From Microthyrium microscopicum (lineage: Eukaryota): a stretch of 64,000 bases of DNA. A program made the position numbers and the translations under genes. Below are positions 1 through 12,916 of the stretch, in pieces; position 1 is the first letter of the stretch; every line of letters begins with the position of its first letter. Under the pieces are notes generated by a model. It was not told where the DNA came from. It did no database searches and saw nothing but the letters and a program-made list of their open reading frames with translations. The DNA lies in the NCBI GenBank assembly GCA_010405405.1, contig MU004236.1, positions 124,001-188,000 on the forward strand, in the 5' to 3' direction.

Positions 1-1201
1 ACAACGGGGTACACTATATCGTTTGCGTTAATTCCTAGTCAACAAAGATGACAATAGACTTACGTGAAGAAGTCGGTCCATGGGAAACGTTTGCCAGCGG
101 AGCCAGCAGCAACTTCCTGTTCTTCCTCCTCCACGGAGGCCTTCATAACGAAGAACTCTTCTCTCGCCTGTAAAGTGTCGATTCCTCGAATCCGTTTCCA
201 GATTCTGTAAGCTTCCACAGGCTTGCCTTTGTGCATTAAGAATCGAGGACTTTCTGGCAAGAACAACATTCTGCATCAATTAGTTCAGGCTGTCAAAGCG
301 TTCAGAAGTAATACACTTACCCGGCAAACATGAGGATAGAGAAGACCACGGAGGACCCAAGAATATACCGCCAATTACCTTTGACGTGCAGAAATATGGC
401 AGCAACGACATAACCAAAGACTTCTCCCAAGGCGATGTTGAATTGGTACAGTGAGACCATGTTACCACGGATTTTTCTTTCGACACACTCGGCGACATAC
501 ACAGGGACAGTGCCGCCTTCAAGTCCAACGCCAATGCCAAGTATAACCCGGCCTGCAACAATCATTCCTGTTTCTCGTTAGTCAAGGGTATGGGAAAAGT
601 ACGAGGTTTTCATACCAAAGCTATTAGCTCCGGCCTCAAGAGCAGCACCGAGTGTATATAAAACAGTTGATAGGACGATGGACCATTTGCGACCAAACCA
701 TTCATTGCATGGCGAAATTAGTATCGCGCCTCCCACGGCACCCAAAGGCATTCCCGAATTGACCAAGCTGTTTTGCTGAACTGTAAGTCCGAGATCCTTT
801 GGCAAGAACAAGTTTGCTCCGCTGATAAGTGATTGATCGAGGCCAGAAAGCAGACCACCCATGGAAGCAAAGATGACCATGGCGATTGTGAAATGCTTTG
901 GAGATTTGAAATTGATTTCAAAGAAGTTTCTCTTATACCCAGCAGCTTTCTCTCGTTCTTCCATCTCAAGTATTAAAGCATCAATCTCCCAACCGCCAGC
1001 TTTGGCGACCTGAAGTGCTTCAAACTCGCCTTTGACTTCTGGCACTAAGCCTTCGTGGACTCGTTCTTGAATTTGTACAGCAGAGGGTCGTCTGTCTCCC
1101 CCAGCCTTGTAGTTCTCCATGGCAGATGAGACTGCGGTAGGATCTAGAGACGAGGCTCGCCTCTCCCACATGGCTTGGGTAGTGTCAAGTTCCTTCGGCA
1201 T
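1..1201 (-). CDS. MFS sugar porter, Frt1/Fsy1-like fructose:H+ symporter; 5' part only, runs off the window start
   Basis: Exons 1201-616, 567-321, 270-64 and 13-1, joined by GT-AG introns (615-568, 320-271, 63-14). Sugar-porter motifs GGLLSGLDQ, FGRK, GRVILGIGVG, PVYVAE..RG and PESPRFL. Confidence 0.85.
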
Positions 1202-2472
1202 GGCGTGTTGTTTCTCAATTGGATCAATATATGGATGAGAAGAGAAACTGATCAGCCAGTTTGAGTTCTCACACTATCCCAGGCTCGACCTCTTTCTTAT
1301 AAACCCGGCCCCAAAGCATGCCATAACTGTCTATCAAAGAACCACGATAGCTATCACCCTGAGCAGACGCGATCCGCTTCGCCTTCCCTTGCTCCGAACA
1401 CCACCATGCCTCTTCATAACTGGCCAATTCCTTCCTCAAGTTGCGCTTCCGAACATGTATCCACCAGGGCAACAAATGCATGGCTATCAATTAGCCAAGC
1501 GGGGTACACCCTGAGCGGTGGATATGACGATGGATGGCTATCACAACCAGGGTGTTGGGAAGCAGATTCAAGCAGTGCGCCCAACAATTTGGCCACCACC
1601 AAAACCTTCAAGCACACAAATGTCTCATCTCACAACTGACTGGCTCAATATCAGTCGTTCAAGGTCGCGCGACACTTCTTTGGTGATTGTACCCCGCAAA
1701 AGGCAAGATGCATGACCAGGTTGACATGATCCGACGAGCTTTTGTGCAGGAGGGTTCACACTCCGGCTACAGCCTACAGGATTTTACGGTGTATTGGTCA
1801 ATATCGACGATTGAATTGATGCTGTGCGTTGGTTCAGCATATCACTGGTTTCCGGGTTGGGCATCTAGAGTTTAAGCATGAGGAGAAGATGCACACTGGA
1901 GAGGAAAGTGATAGTATCTTTGCATTTATGGCGTCATAGATCTATCAATTCCACTTGATCATGAGATATTGAACGTCAATCAGATTGAATTTCGAGATCT
2001 ATCGCGAAGACATTTTCCGCCTCATTTACTTTACTTGCTCAATTCCCTTGCTCCAAAACATAAATTGTAAGTATTCACATCCGGGAGACATTCAGTTGAT
2101 ACCACTAGCATAAAGAACCTTGAGCATGCATTTAAGACATGGACATATTTCGCTACCAGGATACTGGGGCGACCCATAAGAGCTATTTTATATTGAACTA
2201 GGCTAAGAAGGCTTGAAAACGTGGACTAGACCAGGTACGATATCGGACCCGACATGAATTATCCGCAAAGAAGGATCCAATGAAACATGAAGCAGCGGAA
2301 CAGTTCCACCATCTGAGACTGGTTATGTGACTAAGATGAGGGAATTTCGACCATCGGAAGAAGAACAGTAGGCATGATTTCCAAAACTCGGGAACGAGAA
2401 AATGGAGAAGAAATTAAAAGGTTGAATTGACATTGAATCAGTATTGGTTACATGTAAGCTACGGATAAGACA

Positions 2473-3902
2473 TTATCCGACTTTCACTGAGTGGAGTGGT
2501 GCAATATCCTCTGCCTTGACTCTCCCCAAGCCTTCCCGAGCATAGTAATCCATCGGATACAGTGCTTCAGCATTACTATCATCCATCCAAGGAGCCTCTT
2601 GCTGATCCAGTGCGACCAATGCCTCGTATGGGCTCAGTAAGGGGCATGCAAATGCGTATCCCCAGTCAATACTGAGTCTAGGACAAGCGACCTGAACCCA
2701 AGCCCCGACATCACTCATCATAGCGAGCTTGCCTGGAAATATCTCGCTCATGGCAATATGAAAGACTTCAATATTCTTTGCTTTACAAAGCTGCTCAATC
2801 CTACGAAGCGTGTTTGGGTTTCCTTGCCGTCCTAGAGTACCGAGTATGAGTCCCCATTTTGTGGCCTTTTGAGCTTTAAGCACAGCCTGACGCCGGAGAG
2901 TATATAGCTCTTCATGGTCGTAGGACTCGCGGGTGAGTTTTCTTGAATATGGGTCGTATCTATAGGCTGGCAATTTCGGATTATGGATCATGGCAGATTC
3001 GAGATGAAATCTACCATCTCCGAGATACAGTAGGATGTCGGCGCCTTCAGTAGCATCTGATTTAAGAGCTATTCGTGGAGAGGTGCATCCAAGTATTTCG
3101 CCTTTGCTGAGTGGCGAAATTTGGGGAACGAGAATCCCATACCCGGCGCTCTTTAACTGTTGCATGACACCATGGATGGTAGCATTGAATTGTATCGTAC
3201 CTACCAAGGCAATGGTCTTTCCTGCTTGGAAGTTACGCTCGATGGTTGCTATGAGGTGTGAGACATCAATTCCGATATCGACGAAAACATAGAGAGTTTT
3301 GATGCTTGTCACGCTGACTGGTATCAAACAGCTATGTGCGTAGTGAATTAGCAGCTCACACCCCAGAGCTCTCGCGGTATAATCATCGACGCAGCATGCG
3401 CCGTATGTGACATCGCCCATGATCAGAGTCTCTGTTCCTGGACAAAACTGGGTCAAAATGTCCGATATGGTGGTCGCAAACAGTAGCAAGCCTTCTGGAA
3501 ACTGTAATGCGATTTTTTTAGCTCCACTCGTGCGGATGCGATGGATAGTTTTGGGTATCTCGAATGCATAATTTGATGGTAAAAGAGCTATGGCGGCCTT
3601 GATGTCCACGTTATCTGAAATTTCGGCGGGAACAGCATTTAGAGTGCGAGCCGAGCGTCGCGGTTGAGCAACTATTGTAAGTGAGCGATCGACCGCCATT
3701 ATTGGATATAGATCAAGGTACCTTGGACATGTGTACTAGACTCTATATTGCTTCCATCTTGGAACTCCGTCGAGGCTTTCTGGGCTGCTGTCTTGCGACC
3801 CACAAACCTTCGTTTTGGCTGCTTGGGCACCGTGGGTGAGTCGTACTGGACGTTTTCATCGCTAGATGGACCAAGATTAGTTTGATCTCGGTCTTCTTCC
3901 AT
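2473..3902 (-). CDS. DPH1: Diphthamide biosynthesis protein 1 (2-(3-amino-3-carboxypropyl)histidine synthase subunit)
   Basis: Exon 3902-3722, intron 3721-3672, exon 3671-2473. Motifs [61 protein letters not shown] and YPMDYYA. Confidence 0.95.
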
Positions 3903-4205
3903 GCTCTTGAATTCGATTCGCGTTGAAATCTTCCGCTTGGAAATTGATGATGCCTAGGAAAAATAGAGGTAGTAGAGAGCAGTATCTTAGGACTGAGGTT
4001 GGTGGGACTTCACCAGGTGGCAAGCTCACATCCACCACCCAATAGACCGACCATGGTATCACAATTCCTAGCTTTTGAGTAAAAACGATAATCGAAACTT
4101 TCAAGTGAATTGGTCACTAAACTCTAAAAAGATACATAGTTTCAACACTAAATTAACTATGTACGCGTGCGCGAAAAGAACATCAGCTTTATTTTCGCTT
4201 GTATA

Positions 4206-4404
4206 CGAAAGCGCATTACGGCCTACCCAGCAATATTAAAGAACACCAAAAACTTACATCCAAAATATATATTTTTAATAGTTTCTACCTTTCTTATACC
4301 CTTATTTTACCCTTTTTAAATTATATAAATAAGCTATTTTAATGTACTAATTTTTGGTTTTTAGTTTTCTTTAATATTGCCAGGTAGGCCGCAATACGCT
4401 TCCG
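4206..4404. mobile_element. 199-bp MITE, Tc1/mariner-type (TA target-site duplication)
   Basis: ~45-bp imperfect terminal inverted repeats (cgaaagcgcattacggcctacccagcaatattaaagaa versus the reverse complement of ttctttaatattgccaggtaggccgcaatacgcttccg). TA on both sides (4204-4205 and 4405-4406), AT-rich non-coding core. Confidence 0.8.
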
Positions 4405-4910
4405 TAGTCGTCTTACGATCTACAAGTTATTACACACTTTAAGAAGCTCGATTTATTGACTTGATATGATTGCATTACTCCACGCAAATTGACCGAATAT
4501 CGATATTGAAAAAATCCATATGCCCAGTTCTTGTCAGTACTTGATATGCCATGTCGATGAATCCTTTTGACAGGATCTTGCTTAGAAACATGTTTTCGAC
4601 CGGTACATTGTACTATTTTGTTGATTCAGTATTATTCTTATATTGATGTTTGGTGGCCTCTCTTTTTTTACAGTTGAACTTTGCTTGACGACCAGCCAAC
4701 GTCAGTCCAACAATTCAACTGGCTACATATTCTCTGATGCTGGAAATCTACCACTGATATTGCTAATCTTCGATCGAGTGAACTTTATCCAGACAAAGAT
4801 GATCTCTACTACCTAAACAAAACATTTCGCAGAAAACAATAAACAGTTTTGAGACCTCGCCACTAACCATAGTAATTCTTTTGTACCTAATGCGAATCAA
4901 TTTCGAGGAC

Positions 4911-6169
4911 TCAACTCGCACTCTGATCTTTACCAAAATGTTCCTTCCAATACGCAGCAATAAGTTCGCCAGTTTTCGGGTCTCCAGGTGGTAACATCTG
5001 CGTTGCAAAGAATCCACCAATGCCTCTATCTCTATTAACCATCCACACTGGACTCGTATATCCCGACCAGGTCAGCGTATTAGCCGGAATATTCAACTCC
5101 GGCACCCCTTCTAGCAACAACAATCCTCCTAAACCATAATTCACACTTGCTTCAGGAGGAGGCACCCCACCAGTATTTAGCAGCCAGACATAAGAGTTCT
5201 CTAACAGTCCTTGAAGTGCGGGCGAATCTGGCTGGAATTGTGAAGTGAACATCTGCTTCACGGTCTCTGGTTTCAACAACTTGGGCTCATCCTTCAACAG
5301 ATCAGAGAGTACGGCACAGTAGTCGGGGACTGTGAGTGCCAGTCCACTACCGCCATGTTCGTCTAGCGCGTTCTCACCGAATGGAGCAACAGCCTCTTTG
5401 AGTCCGCCGTCTTCAGTGCGTTCATAGCAGGTGACAAGCCGCGCTTTCATGTCTGGATGATCGCTGATATCAAATGTTGGAAATGGCGCTGTTCGTCCAA
5501 CAGGTTCAAATATGTTGGTTGTAAAGTAATCTCTCAACGATATATTTCCATTCAGTCGTCGTACCAGATATCCAGCCCAGTCAAGACCAGATCCATATAT
5601 CCAACCCTCTCCTGGTTCAAAAAGTAATGGAGTCGCATAACATTCCGGAACAGTTCCACTGATTGGATATACCATTGGTTCCTGGCCCCTTTCTGCTCTC
5701 CACGTTACGGAGGCTGGAGACATTCCATCATATGCTAGGCCACTTGAATGCGTGAGAAGCATCCTCAAGGTAATCTCCTTCGTGGGCTTGGTGAATGAGA
5801 TGGTCTTGCCTTCATCGGGGGTGTGGATGATTGGAAGGTCAGAGATCTCTGGAAGGATCTTGTAGACGCTTTCGCCGAGGCTGATGAGACCACGTTCGAC
5901 ACATTGGAGAGCTGCGATTGTGGTGATGAGCTTGGTGCATGAGGCTACTTTGAAGACGCCATTGTTGGATATTGGCGAGGCATCGCTCTCAATTGCATTT
6001 CGACCGTAACGTTTACTATAGGTTATGCCTAGAAGTTATTTAGCTTCGAGCTCATGTGCTGTGCAGCGAGATCTTATATACCTGTCTTATTGACTCCAGT
6101 CAAAATGGCGCCTTGAATTGTGCCACTAGGCTTTGTGGCCTCGTTGAAGATGGTGTCAAGCTCACTCAT
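4911..6169 (-). CDS. Beta-lactamase/transpeptidase-like serine hydrolase (LovD/EstB family)
   Basis: ATG at 6169, exon 6169-6082, intron 6081-6029, exon 6028-4911. SxxK motif ASCTK, LLTHSSG, PLLFEPGEGWIYG (catalytic Tyr) and LTWSG. Confidence 0.9.
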
Positions 6170-6784
6170 GCTAACTGTAGGTTCAACCTCGTTTTTTATA
6201 ACGAAGGAAATGCGATGGGAGATAGAAACGACCTTATGGAATAGCCACTCTTACTTTTGTAAAAGTTGCTGCTGTAAACAGATACGTACCTAGGTAGCTA
6301 TCATCAGTGGCACAGAATGACGATGTTTTGGGGAGGAGTTCGTTAGCCGAGGTGGCCTTCAAGAGCTCACGTAATGCCCAGAATTGGGTAGTACTTTAGA
6401 AGTTTTCTGACGACGATAATGCTCTACTATACTCTTAAGAAAAGGACTTTGATACGTGGTGGAGACGTTATGTTATCATGATTGATGTCGTAATAGTTGT
6501 GTATTGTGCTTCCCACCAATAATAGTCAAAATACAATCAACAGTCTTATCAGAGGAATTGACCATCTTCATTTACGTTTTCACTCAGCTAGAAAGAATCT
6601 GACGTAAGATATATACCTCTGAGCCGTTTCTAGGAAGGGAGTCAAACAGCTATCATAGATCATTTACAAAGAAGCACTCAAATCTCTACTCCATGGCCAA
6701 ATACCATCCAATTGATACCAGTGAGTATAGATCATCTCTTGCGATCATCTTTTTCAAATATGTAAGCTCTTCGCACTGCCTAAA

Positions 6785-7729
6785 TCAAGCATTCGTGAGT
6801 AAACCCCTTCGATGACTTCTCGACATCTGGGGCCGATGAGGTTTAACCAACGCTTTTTGTGCTGAATCAACAGCGGCCTGAGTAACATGGCCCAAAATCC
6901 GTGAAGACGGCATCAAAATCTCTTGCTTCCATGGAATAAATCTATCCAAAGCTGATAGCTTAGGTGGCGACCAAAGCCCGATCCCTTCCAGCAAATTCAG
7001 GTTGGTAGATGGTAGATTCATTTGAACCAGTGGTCGAAAGTCGTGCTTGACGCCATGTATGGTCAAAGGGTGTAGCTCATTAGAGAAACTCAATGGCTCT
7101 TCAATTACCGTTGTCCGATACGCAGGCATCAAAAGATGGAAATGAGGAGCTTTTGTGTTCCCTCCTCGCTCTTTGAAGTAGAGCCTGAGATATCTCATCC
7201 AAAGGCATAGTCCATCTAGATTATCGCTCATTCCATGGAAACGTTCAGACAGTGGTTCCCTTCGCTCTTTAACGATGTGATAGAACTCCGCATGCCAGTC
7301 ATCATCCGGGTGAAACACAAAGAAGAGATGTCAGGTATGAGAGCCACTCGTATTTTCCAGATGATATTCCAGCCATTTCAGAACTCTGTCTGCGAAGATC
7401 GTTGGTGCCATTAATGCAGTTTGCGCCTTCATCTCGGATCCAATTTCACGTACTGCTCTGACCATCTCGCCCATTTGGTATGCTTGGACACACTGAGCAG
7501 CCGCACCAGCAACGTTGACAAAATTCAAGAATCCACCATAATATTTCGAGTTTGTAGCCAATGTTTTGACTGTAGGAATGATTTCTCTGGCTGTTTCTTG
7601 AACAGCGATGGCAGTTTTCTCTACTGTATTGAGGGTAACTTCGGCGGTCCTGGCACAGGCTTCGACCGCACTGAATGCGGTTCGAACCGTACCTTTCTTT
7701 TTCGTTTTTCTTGGACCAAATAAGCCCAT
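6785..7729 (-). pseudogene. Hypothetical protein interrupted by one in-frame TGA (nonsense allele, readthrough or sequence error)
   Basis: ORFs 7729-7331 and 7318-6785 share a frame and are separated only by TGA at 7333-7331 (SGSHT*HLFFVFHPDDDWH). No intron signals span the stop. Confidence 0.55.
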
Positions 7730-8497
7730 GGCGATAGCTCTGAGGTTCCAAAAATTACGTCAGATAGTTCTCCAAGAGGTACTCAAAGTGGAAGCTGGCT
7801 GCCTGATTGTTGTTGTTGACAGAAGAAGGGCATTCGGTAGGGCTCTCCCGCCCAAACACCTCTCAAATACTGATATAGCCTCAGGCGAGCAGCAACGCAA
7901 CTTCTGGTGAGCCTTGAAAGTCACAAGGTGTGATTCTTCAAACAAAAAGAAAGGCCTGCGGGAAGTCACACGAAGCAGGAAAAGTTGAACAGCCCACAGG
8001 CAGATCTTCGCGTCCAGGCTGGGTGTAACTTGTGCCTGAAAGAACAAGGAATATGAGGATAATCTTGAAAGGACGTCTAGGGAAGCCTGTCAGACCCGCA
8101 TATGCATTGCATTTGGGGCGGTCTGAGAAAGGCTAGTATAAGAATCCACAAGGCTGCCCATTGGCTTGGGTTGCAAAAAGATTAGTACATAAAGACAGAG
8201 CACAAGAGTATGACAGGTAGGTACCTACCTAGCAGCTTGAATGTAATAGAACTTATAAAGGAAAAGCCTAGGAAAGCATTTTTCTAGTTCTATTGTAGCC
8301 ATCATAAATCGTCCGCCTCATATTGAAATCAAGTTACCTACTCGCTAAATAAAAGAGCTTATGTTCCCTTGGATAAAAATCAGGTTTGAAATGGATATAG
8401 GATATATCTCACCAATTTTTTCGGAACAGCACAAGAACCTCGCAAGTTCTACAACAATTCTATCCAAAATACAAGGTATGTAATTCAAGTCTCTGAT

Positions 8498-10519
8498 CTA
8501 TAAACTATCACCATCTCCAGGAACCTCCTCTATTTCCTCATGTACAAAAGAGACATGCTCATCGCAGGCCTCGGAGTTTGGCAAAATAGCTACACAAATC
8601 CAACAGAAGTTTATCTTGCATTCGGGACAAGCCATACGGCTATCGTTTTCAACCTTTTCTATTACCACTGAACATTTGGGGCATATTTTCGCATCGTGCC
8701 CATCTTTCAAAAGGTCTTCTATGCATTCAGTTTTGGTGAGTACCTCGTCTTTGTTGTTGGCTTCGCAGGATGTATTGGGATGGTAATATCGACACTTTGT
8801 ACAAATAGTGATCAAACAGCTTGGACAGGTCTGAACGCGTGGTCTTGTCGCATCTGAAGGCTCTGTCGATTCGCTGTCTATTCGGAACCAATGTTTGCCA
8901 CATGGACAAGGCTGTAAGGAACCGGTATGGCGTTGCTGAAATTGGTCATAAGGATTGATTGTATCCATATACTTGGCAAAAGAAGTTTCCAAGTTTGACT
9001 CCAATGCGGGTGCTGCCATATGCTTCTTCATGACGTCCAGAGTGAACATAGTGTTACAATTCCCGCCATTTCCAGGACACCTAATGGGGGCAACCTCATT
9101 TTTGTCTGACACCTGATATCTACAATACACCTCAAAACAGTCTAGGCATATTGTATGTCTGGGACAAACTCGAGTGGCATAGGCGTACGGCATGTGCAGC
9201 TTAGAATAGCATACGGGGCAACCTCCGATAATCCCATCGTCACTAACGACTGGTGACTCGGCTCTTCGGCTAACTTTCTTTGCTGGTTTGACTCGTACTT
9301 TGCTCCTTATAATGTCTGTTAATTCATAACAGAGCGCCTGTACTCGTTCTGGTGCACCGTACATCGACACCTGGCGTTTTACTTTGTCCACAACAATTGC
9401 GACCTGGGAGAACCTTTCAAGAGCTTCCAATTTTTTCAACGTGGCTGGAGAAAATAATGTTGGAAACCAGCAATATTGATCCTCATCATATAGTTTCTTT
9501 CCTTTTAGGATTTCCAGGAGACTTGTGACAACATAGGTGATCCGTTGCATAACGCTGCCTGAGATAACCAGAGAGGTAAAGTGCGAACCAATTCCAGATT
9601 GGACCTCGCAGCGTATGTGAGGATCATCCCACAGATCGGTATCCCATTTGCATCGGTCAAAATCTTCTTTGAGTTCTTGTCTCAAAGCAATATATATCTT
9701 GCTGGGGACCGTGATTTTGACCTGAAAAATTGGCACCACTGCCAGGACGTGGTCTCTATACGCTTTAGAGAGAATCCACGAGTATTTAGTGCATGCGAAT
9801 ACGGCATCAGCTTCATGTTTGAATCGACTGGTCATTGCACATGTATTGCCTTCCAAATTGTACTCCACATTCGCTTTGGTGAGTGGTCCACTACGCTCAA
9901 GATCATGGCGCAGGCTCTCTGCAATGAGGCTGTCGGAATTTTGGTTGTCTTTTTCGTTAATTCGACCGGCAGAGACTCTGGATGATCTCCAATCTATTCG
10001 GACCGTTCGACATTCGGCCTCCACTGACATGAATTCGCCTACAATCGAGCCACGATAGCCTCCTGGCATATATCTTATCGAGTCACATACTTGCTGTGCA
10101 ATTTCTGAAGTTCTAGTCGTGAAGGTAAGCGTCAGTGATTTGACTGATATGTCGTCTAAGTGCAGGTCCTGGAAATCCAAATCAACACCGTGGCTATCCA
10201 AATAGTGACGCGCATCGTTTAGAGACCACTGCGGTGGCAGATTCTCGATCTTAACTGTAGTCAAATCACCAGGAAGACATGTTTTGACAACCTGTCCGTA
10301 TTTGTTGAAGAAACATCTCACACCCTGTATATCTCGAGTGAATTCGTCTAGATAAGTCGTCTGGTCCTCGCTGATATGTGTATCTTCTGTCTCGGACTCA
10401 GGACCGAAATCTGACATAGAAGTATCATCCGTGTCTCGTAAGCTATCTGAGACTTCTGAAAGTTCAGAGTCCTCGTATTCTTCCACGTATGGATGGTGTT
10501 GGGGCGTATTCTCTTCCAT
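8498..10519 (-). CDS. RBR (RING-IBR-Rcat) domain protein with acidic N-terminus and possible RRM-like middle; catalytic motif degenerate
   Basis: Single long ORF, ATG at 10519. RING1 CPVC...CPRHTICLDC...CPGNGGNC, IBR CPCG...CPSCLITICTKCRYYHPNTSC, Rcat-like CPKCSVVIEK...MACPECKINFCWIC. Confidence 0.8.
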   Translation of the reverse strand: MEENTPQHHPYVEEYEDSELSEVSDSLRDTDDTSMSDFGPESETEDTHISEDQTTYLDEFTRDIQGVRCFFNKYGQVVKTCLPGDLTTVKIENLPPQWSLNDARHYLDSHGVDLDFQDLHLDDISVKSLTLTFTTRTSEIAQQVCDSIRYMPGGYRGSIVGEFMSVEAECRTVRIDWRSSRVSAGRINEKDNQNSDSLIAESLRHDLERSGPLTKANVEYNLEGNTCAMTSRFKHEADAVFACTKYSWILSKAYRDHVLAVVPIFQVKITVPSKIYIALRQELKEDFDRCKWDTDLWDDPHIRCEVQSGIGSHFTSLVISGSVMQRITYVVTSLLEILKGKKLYDEDQYCWFPTLFSPATLKKLEALERFSQVAIVVDKVKRQVSMYGAPERVQALCYELTDIIRSKVRVKPAKKVSRRAESPVVSDDGIIGGCPVCYSKLHMPYAYATRVCPRHTICLDCFEVYCRYQVSDKNEVAPIRCPGNGGNCNTMFTLDVMKKHMAAPALESNLETSFAKYMDTINPYDQFQQRHTGSLQPCPCGKHWFRIDSESTEPSDATRPRVQTCPSCLITICTKCRYYHPNTSCEANNKDEVLTKTECIEDLLKDGHDAKICPKCSVVIEKVENDSRMACPECKINFCWICVAILPNSEACDEHVSFVHEEIEEVPGDGDSL

Positions 10520-11307
10520 CGTTAAGGGCGAAGTGAGATGGTCCGGCGGCAAAAGTGCGTTCAAATGAAGTATTGTATCAGACAGTCTGGAATTGAACTT
10601 GGATCATACTGCCATTTTCTTTCAGAGCCAAAGAATCAATATCTAGCATGAAAGAGATTATTTTTGAATCCGGCCAAAGTGCTTTGTTTTGAATGAAGCT
10701 TACAAAACCTAAGGTAGGCAACAAAGGACCTCACCAAGTACTTCCTAGCTTTGAGCTCAAAACGGATATGGGTGTTTGGATTAGAAATTCGTAAGGCGGC
10801 TACTACTGTACCGTGTGGTATGAACCAAACTATATCAAGATAGCTCTCTTGACAGCACAAGAGCTGTATGCTTTGATTTTGAGTATTCCAATTGAGCTCA
10901 TCATTTTAGTATTGTTGTTCGCTATACGGATGATTCGGAGTCTTATAAGAGAGATTATGATCCTATTTTTTAATTTGTCGTTAAAGTATAGCAGTCTAGC
11001 AGAACATTCCAACAGATATCTGAATCAGTGGACGTGGACAGCCTGATGGCAGGCAATAACAGGGGTGGCCTGTCCATAAGTTTGATTTTTTTGGATTTCT
11101 ATTGGACGAATTACAGGCCCGCTGTTTATGTCTCGGCAGTACCTGACCGAATAGGCCTAGCGCAAACCACGATAACCAGTGGCGGCGTGTTTTCTCACCG
11201 ATACAGGACTTACATTAATACCAGTACATAGGGACATATAACCTCAACCTTCTTGCCACAGGTTTGGAGTTTTCCATTCCGAATCCAGACTGTCGCATCA
11301 CAATAAC

Positions 11308-12916
11308 ATGGACTCCTCCTTGATCGATGAACATCAACCGTTACTTGGAAGGGATCTAGAACGACACGCAAGTGTTGCAAGTCACTCTCACCTCAATGGT
11401 ATCGTAGATTTTCATGCCGATGGCGATAGTGACAATCCTGTCGAATGGCCGGCAGCTTTCAAGTGGGCCATAGTTGGTCTCCTTGCACTCATGGCATTTA
11501 CAGTGTTAGTCAATATGTTGATTTGTTATGACCTAAACTCACAATTTTTCCCTAGAACTTTCACATGCATCTCTGTGGTCCCAGTTGCGAGCCGCATAGC
11601 GAACGATCTCTCCCATGGAAACTCTACCAAATCTGCAAGCGTGCTACTTGTCACTATCTGGGAACTGGGCGAAGCTGGTGGTCCACTCTTGATTGCGCCC
11701 TTGTCTGAAGTCTTTGGACGATACCCAGTTATGAATGCTGCCAACGTACTCTTCATCGCCGCTACTATCATGGCAGCTCTCAGCCAGAGCACACCACTCT
11801 TTATCGCCGCTAGAGCTCTTACGGGTCTTTCTGTTGCATCCAACGTATTGAGTCCGGCGATTGTAGGCGATATGTTCATCCCGGAACAACGTGGATCGCC
11901 AATGAGCTTGATCATGCTGGCTCCACTACTGGGCGGCGCCATAGGACCAGCGATCGCCGGGGGTATTGCACAGAGTTTAGGATGGCGGCAAGTCATCTGG
12001 ATGAGCTCTGTTCTGGCTAGCACTTGTGGAATCCTGATCTTTTGCTGCTTCAAGGAGACATATAAAGTTCCAATTCTTCGAAAAAGAGCCGCCAAACTTC
12101 GAAGGCAAAGTGGAGATTTGTCACTGAAGACAGCATTCGATGTCAACGAAGAAAGTGATTTACGCAAACTTTGGGACTCGATCAGACGCCCTGCCGCAGT
12201 GTTCTTCGGTTCCAGTGTTTTACTTCTGCTGGCCCTATTTGGATCGATCAGCTTTACTTACTTCTACGTGCTTGCCGTAACTCTTCCAGATATCTTGCAG
12301 TCGAAGTACGGTCTGTCCCCTGCGCTGACTGGATCTACTTTTCTAAGCTTCAGTGAGTCTTTTCTTGAAACGCATTAGAAATTGAAACTCACCTCACATA
12401 GGTGTTGGATCCGCTATCAGCGTCGGTATCTGCAATTTGACCTTGGACAGAATCTACATCAAACTCAGAGACTCTGATAAATCAGATAACTCCATTACCG
12501 CAAAGGGAAAACCGGAATTTCGCTTGCCATTGGTGATTTTCGGCGCATTCACATTGCCTTTTGCTATCGCACTATATGGCTGGACTGCAGAGCTGCGATT
12601 GCCGTTGCCGCTACTCATCCTATCCATTTCTCTAATCGGATTTACGCTGATTCTTGCGTTTGTGCCACTGATGGCATATGTTGTAGATGCATTTGGTGTC
12701 TACTCAGCCTCCGCTTTGACGGCAATCATAGTTTCTCGTTGCTTGATGAGCACGTTTTTGCCGCTTTTAACCGCACCGTTGACAGACTCCCTTGGGTATG
12801 GCAAAGGTTTCACGGTGCTCTGCGGACTCAGTCTTGCTTTGGCACCAATACCGGTCATTGTTATGAAGTTCGGCTCTCGATTGAGACAGCGTTCAGAATT
12901 TTCAAGGGATGAATAA
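11308..12916 (+). CDS. MFS transporter, DHA1 drug:H+ antiporter family
   Basis: Exons 11308-11504, 11556-12352 and 12402-12916 (introns 11505-11555, 12353-12401). Motifs DSDNPVEW, APLSEVFGRYPV, GPAIAG, GWR, ETY, KPEFRL and AYVVDAF. Confidence 0.9.

Noticed and set aside
4163..4176. ACGCGT and CGCGAAA (MCB/SCB-like boxes) upstream of DPH1
   Set aside because: Short motifs expected by chance; no conservation or expression evidence available.
8088..8134. Small imperfect hairpin (agcct..cagacc...ggtctg..aggct)
   Set aside because: Too short and imperfect to distinguish from chance; no TSD.
4911..12916. LovD-like hydrolase plus MFS transporter as a secondary-metabolite cluster
   Set aside because: No backbone enzyme (PKS, NRPS or terpene synthase) nearby, and the flanking genes are housekeeping.
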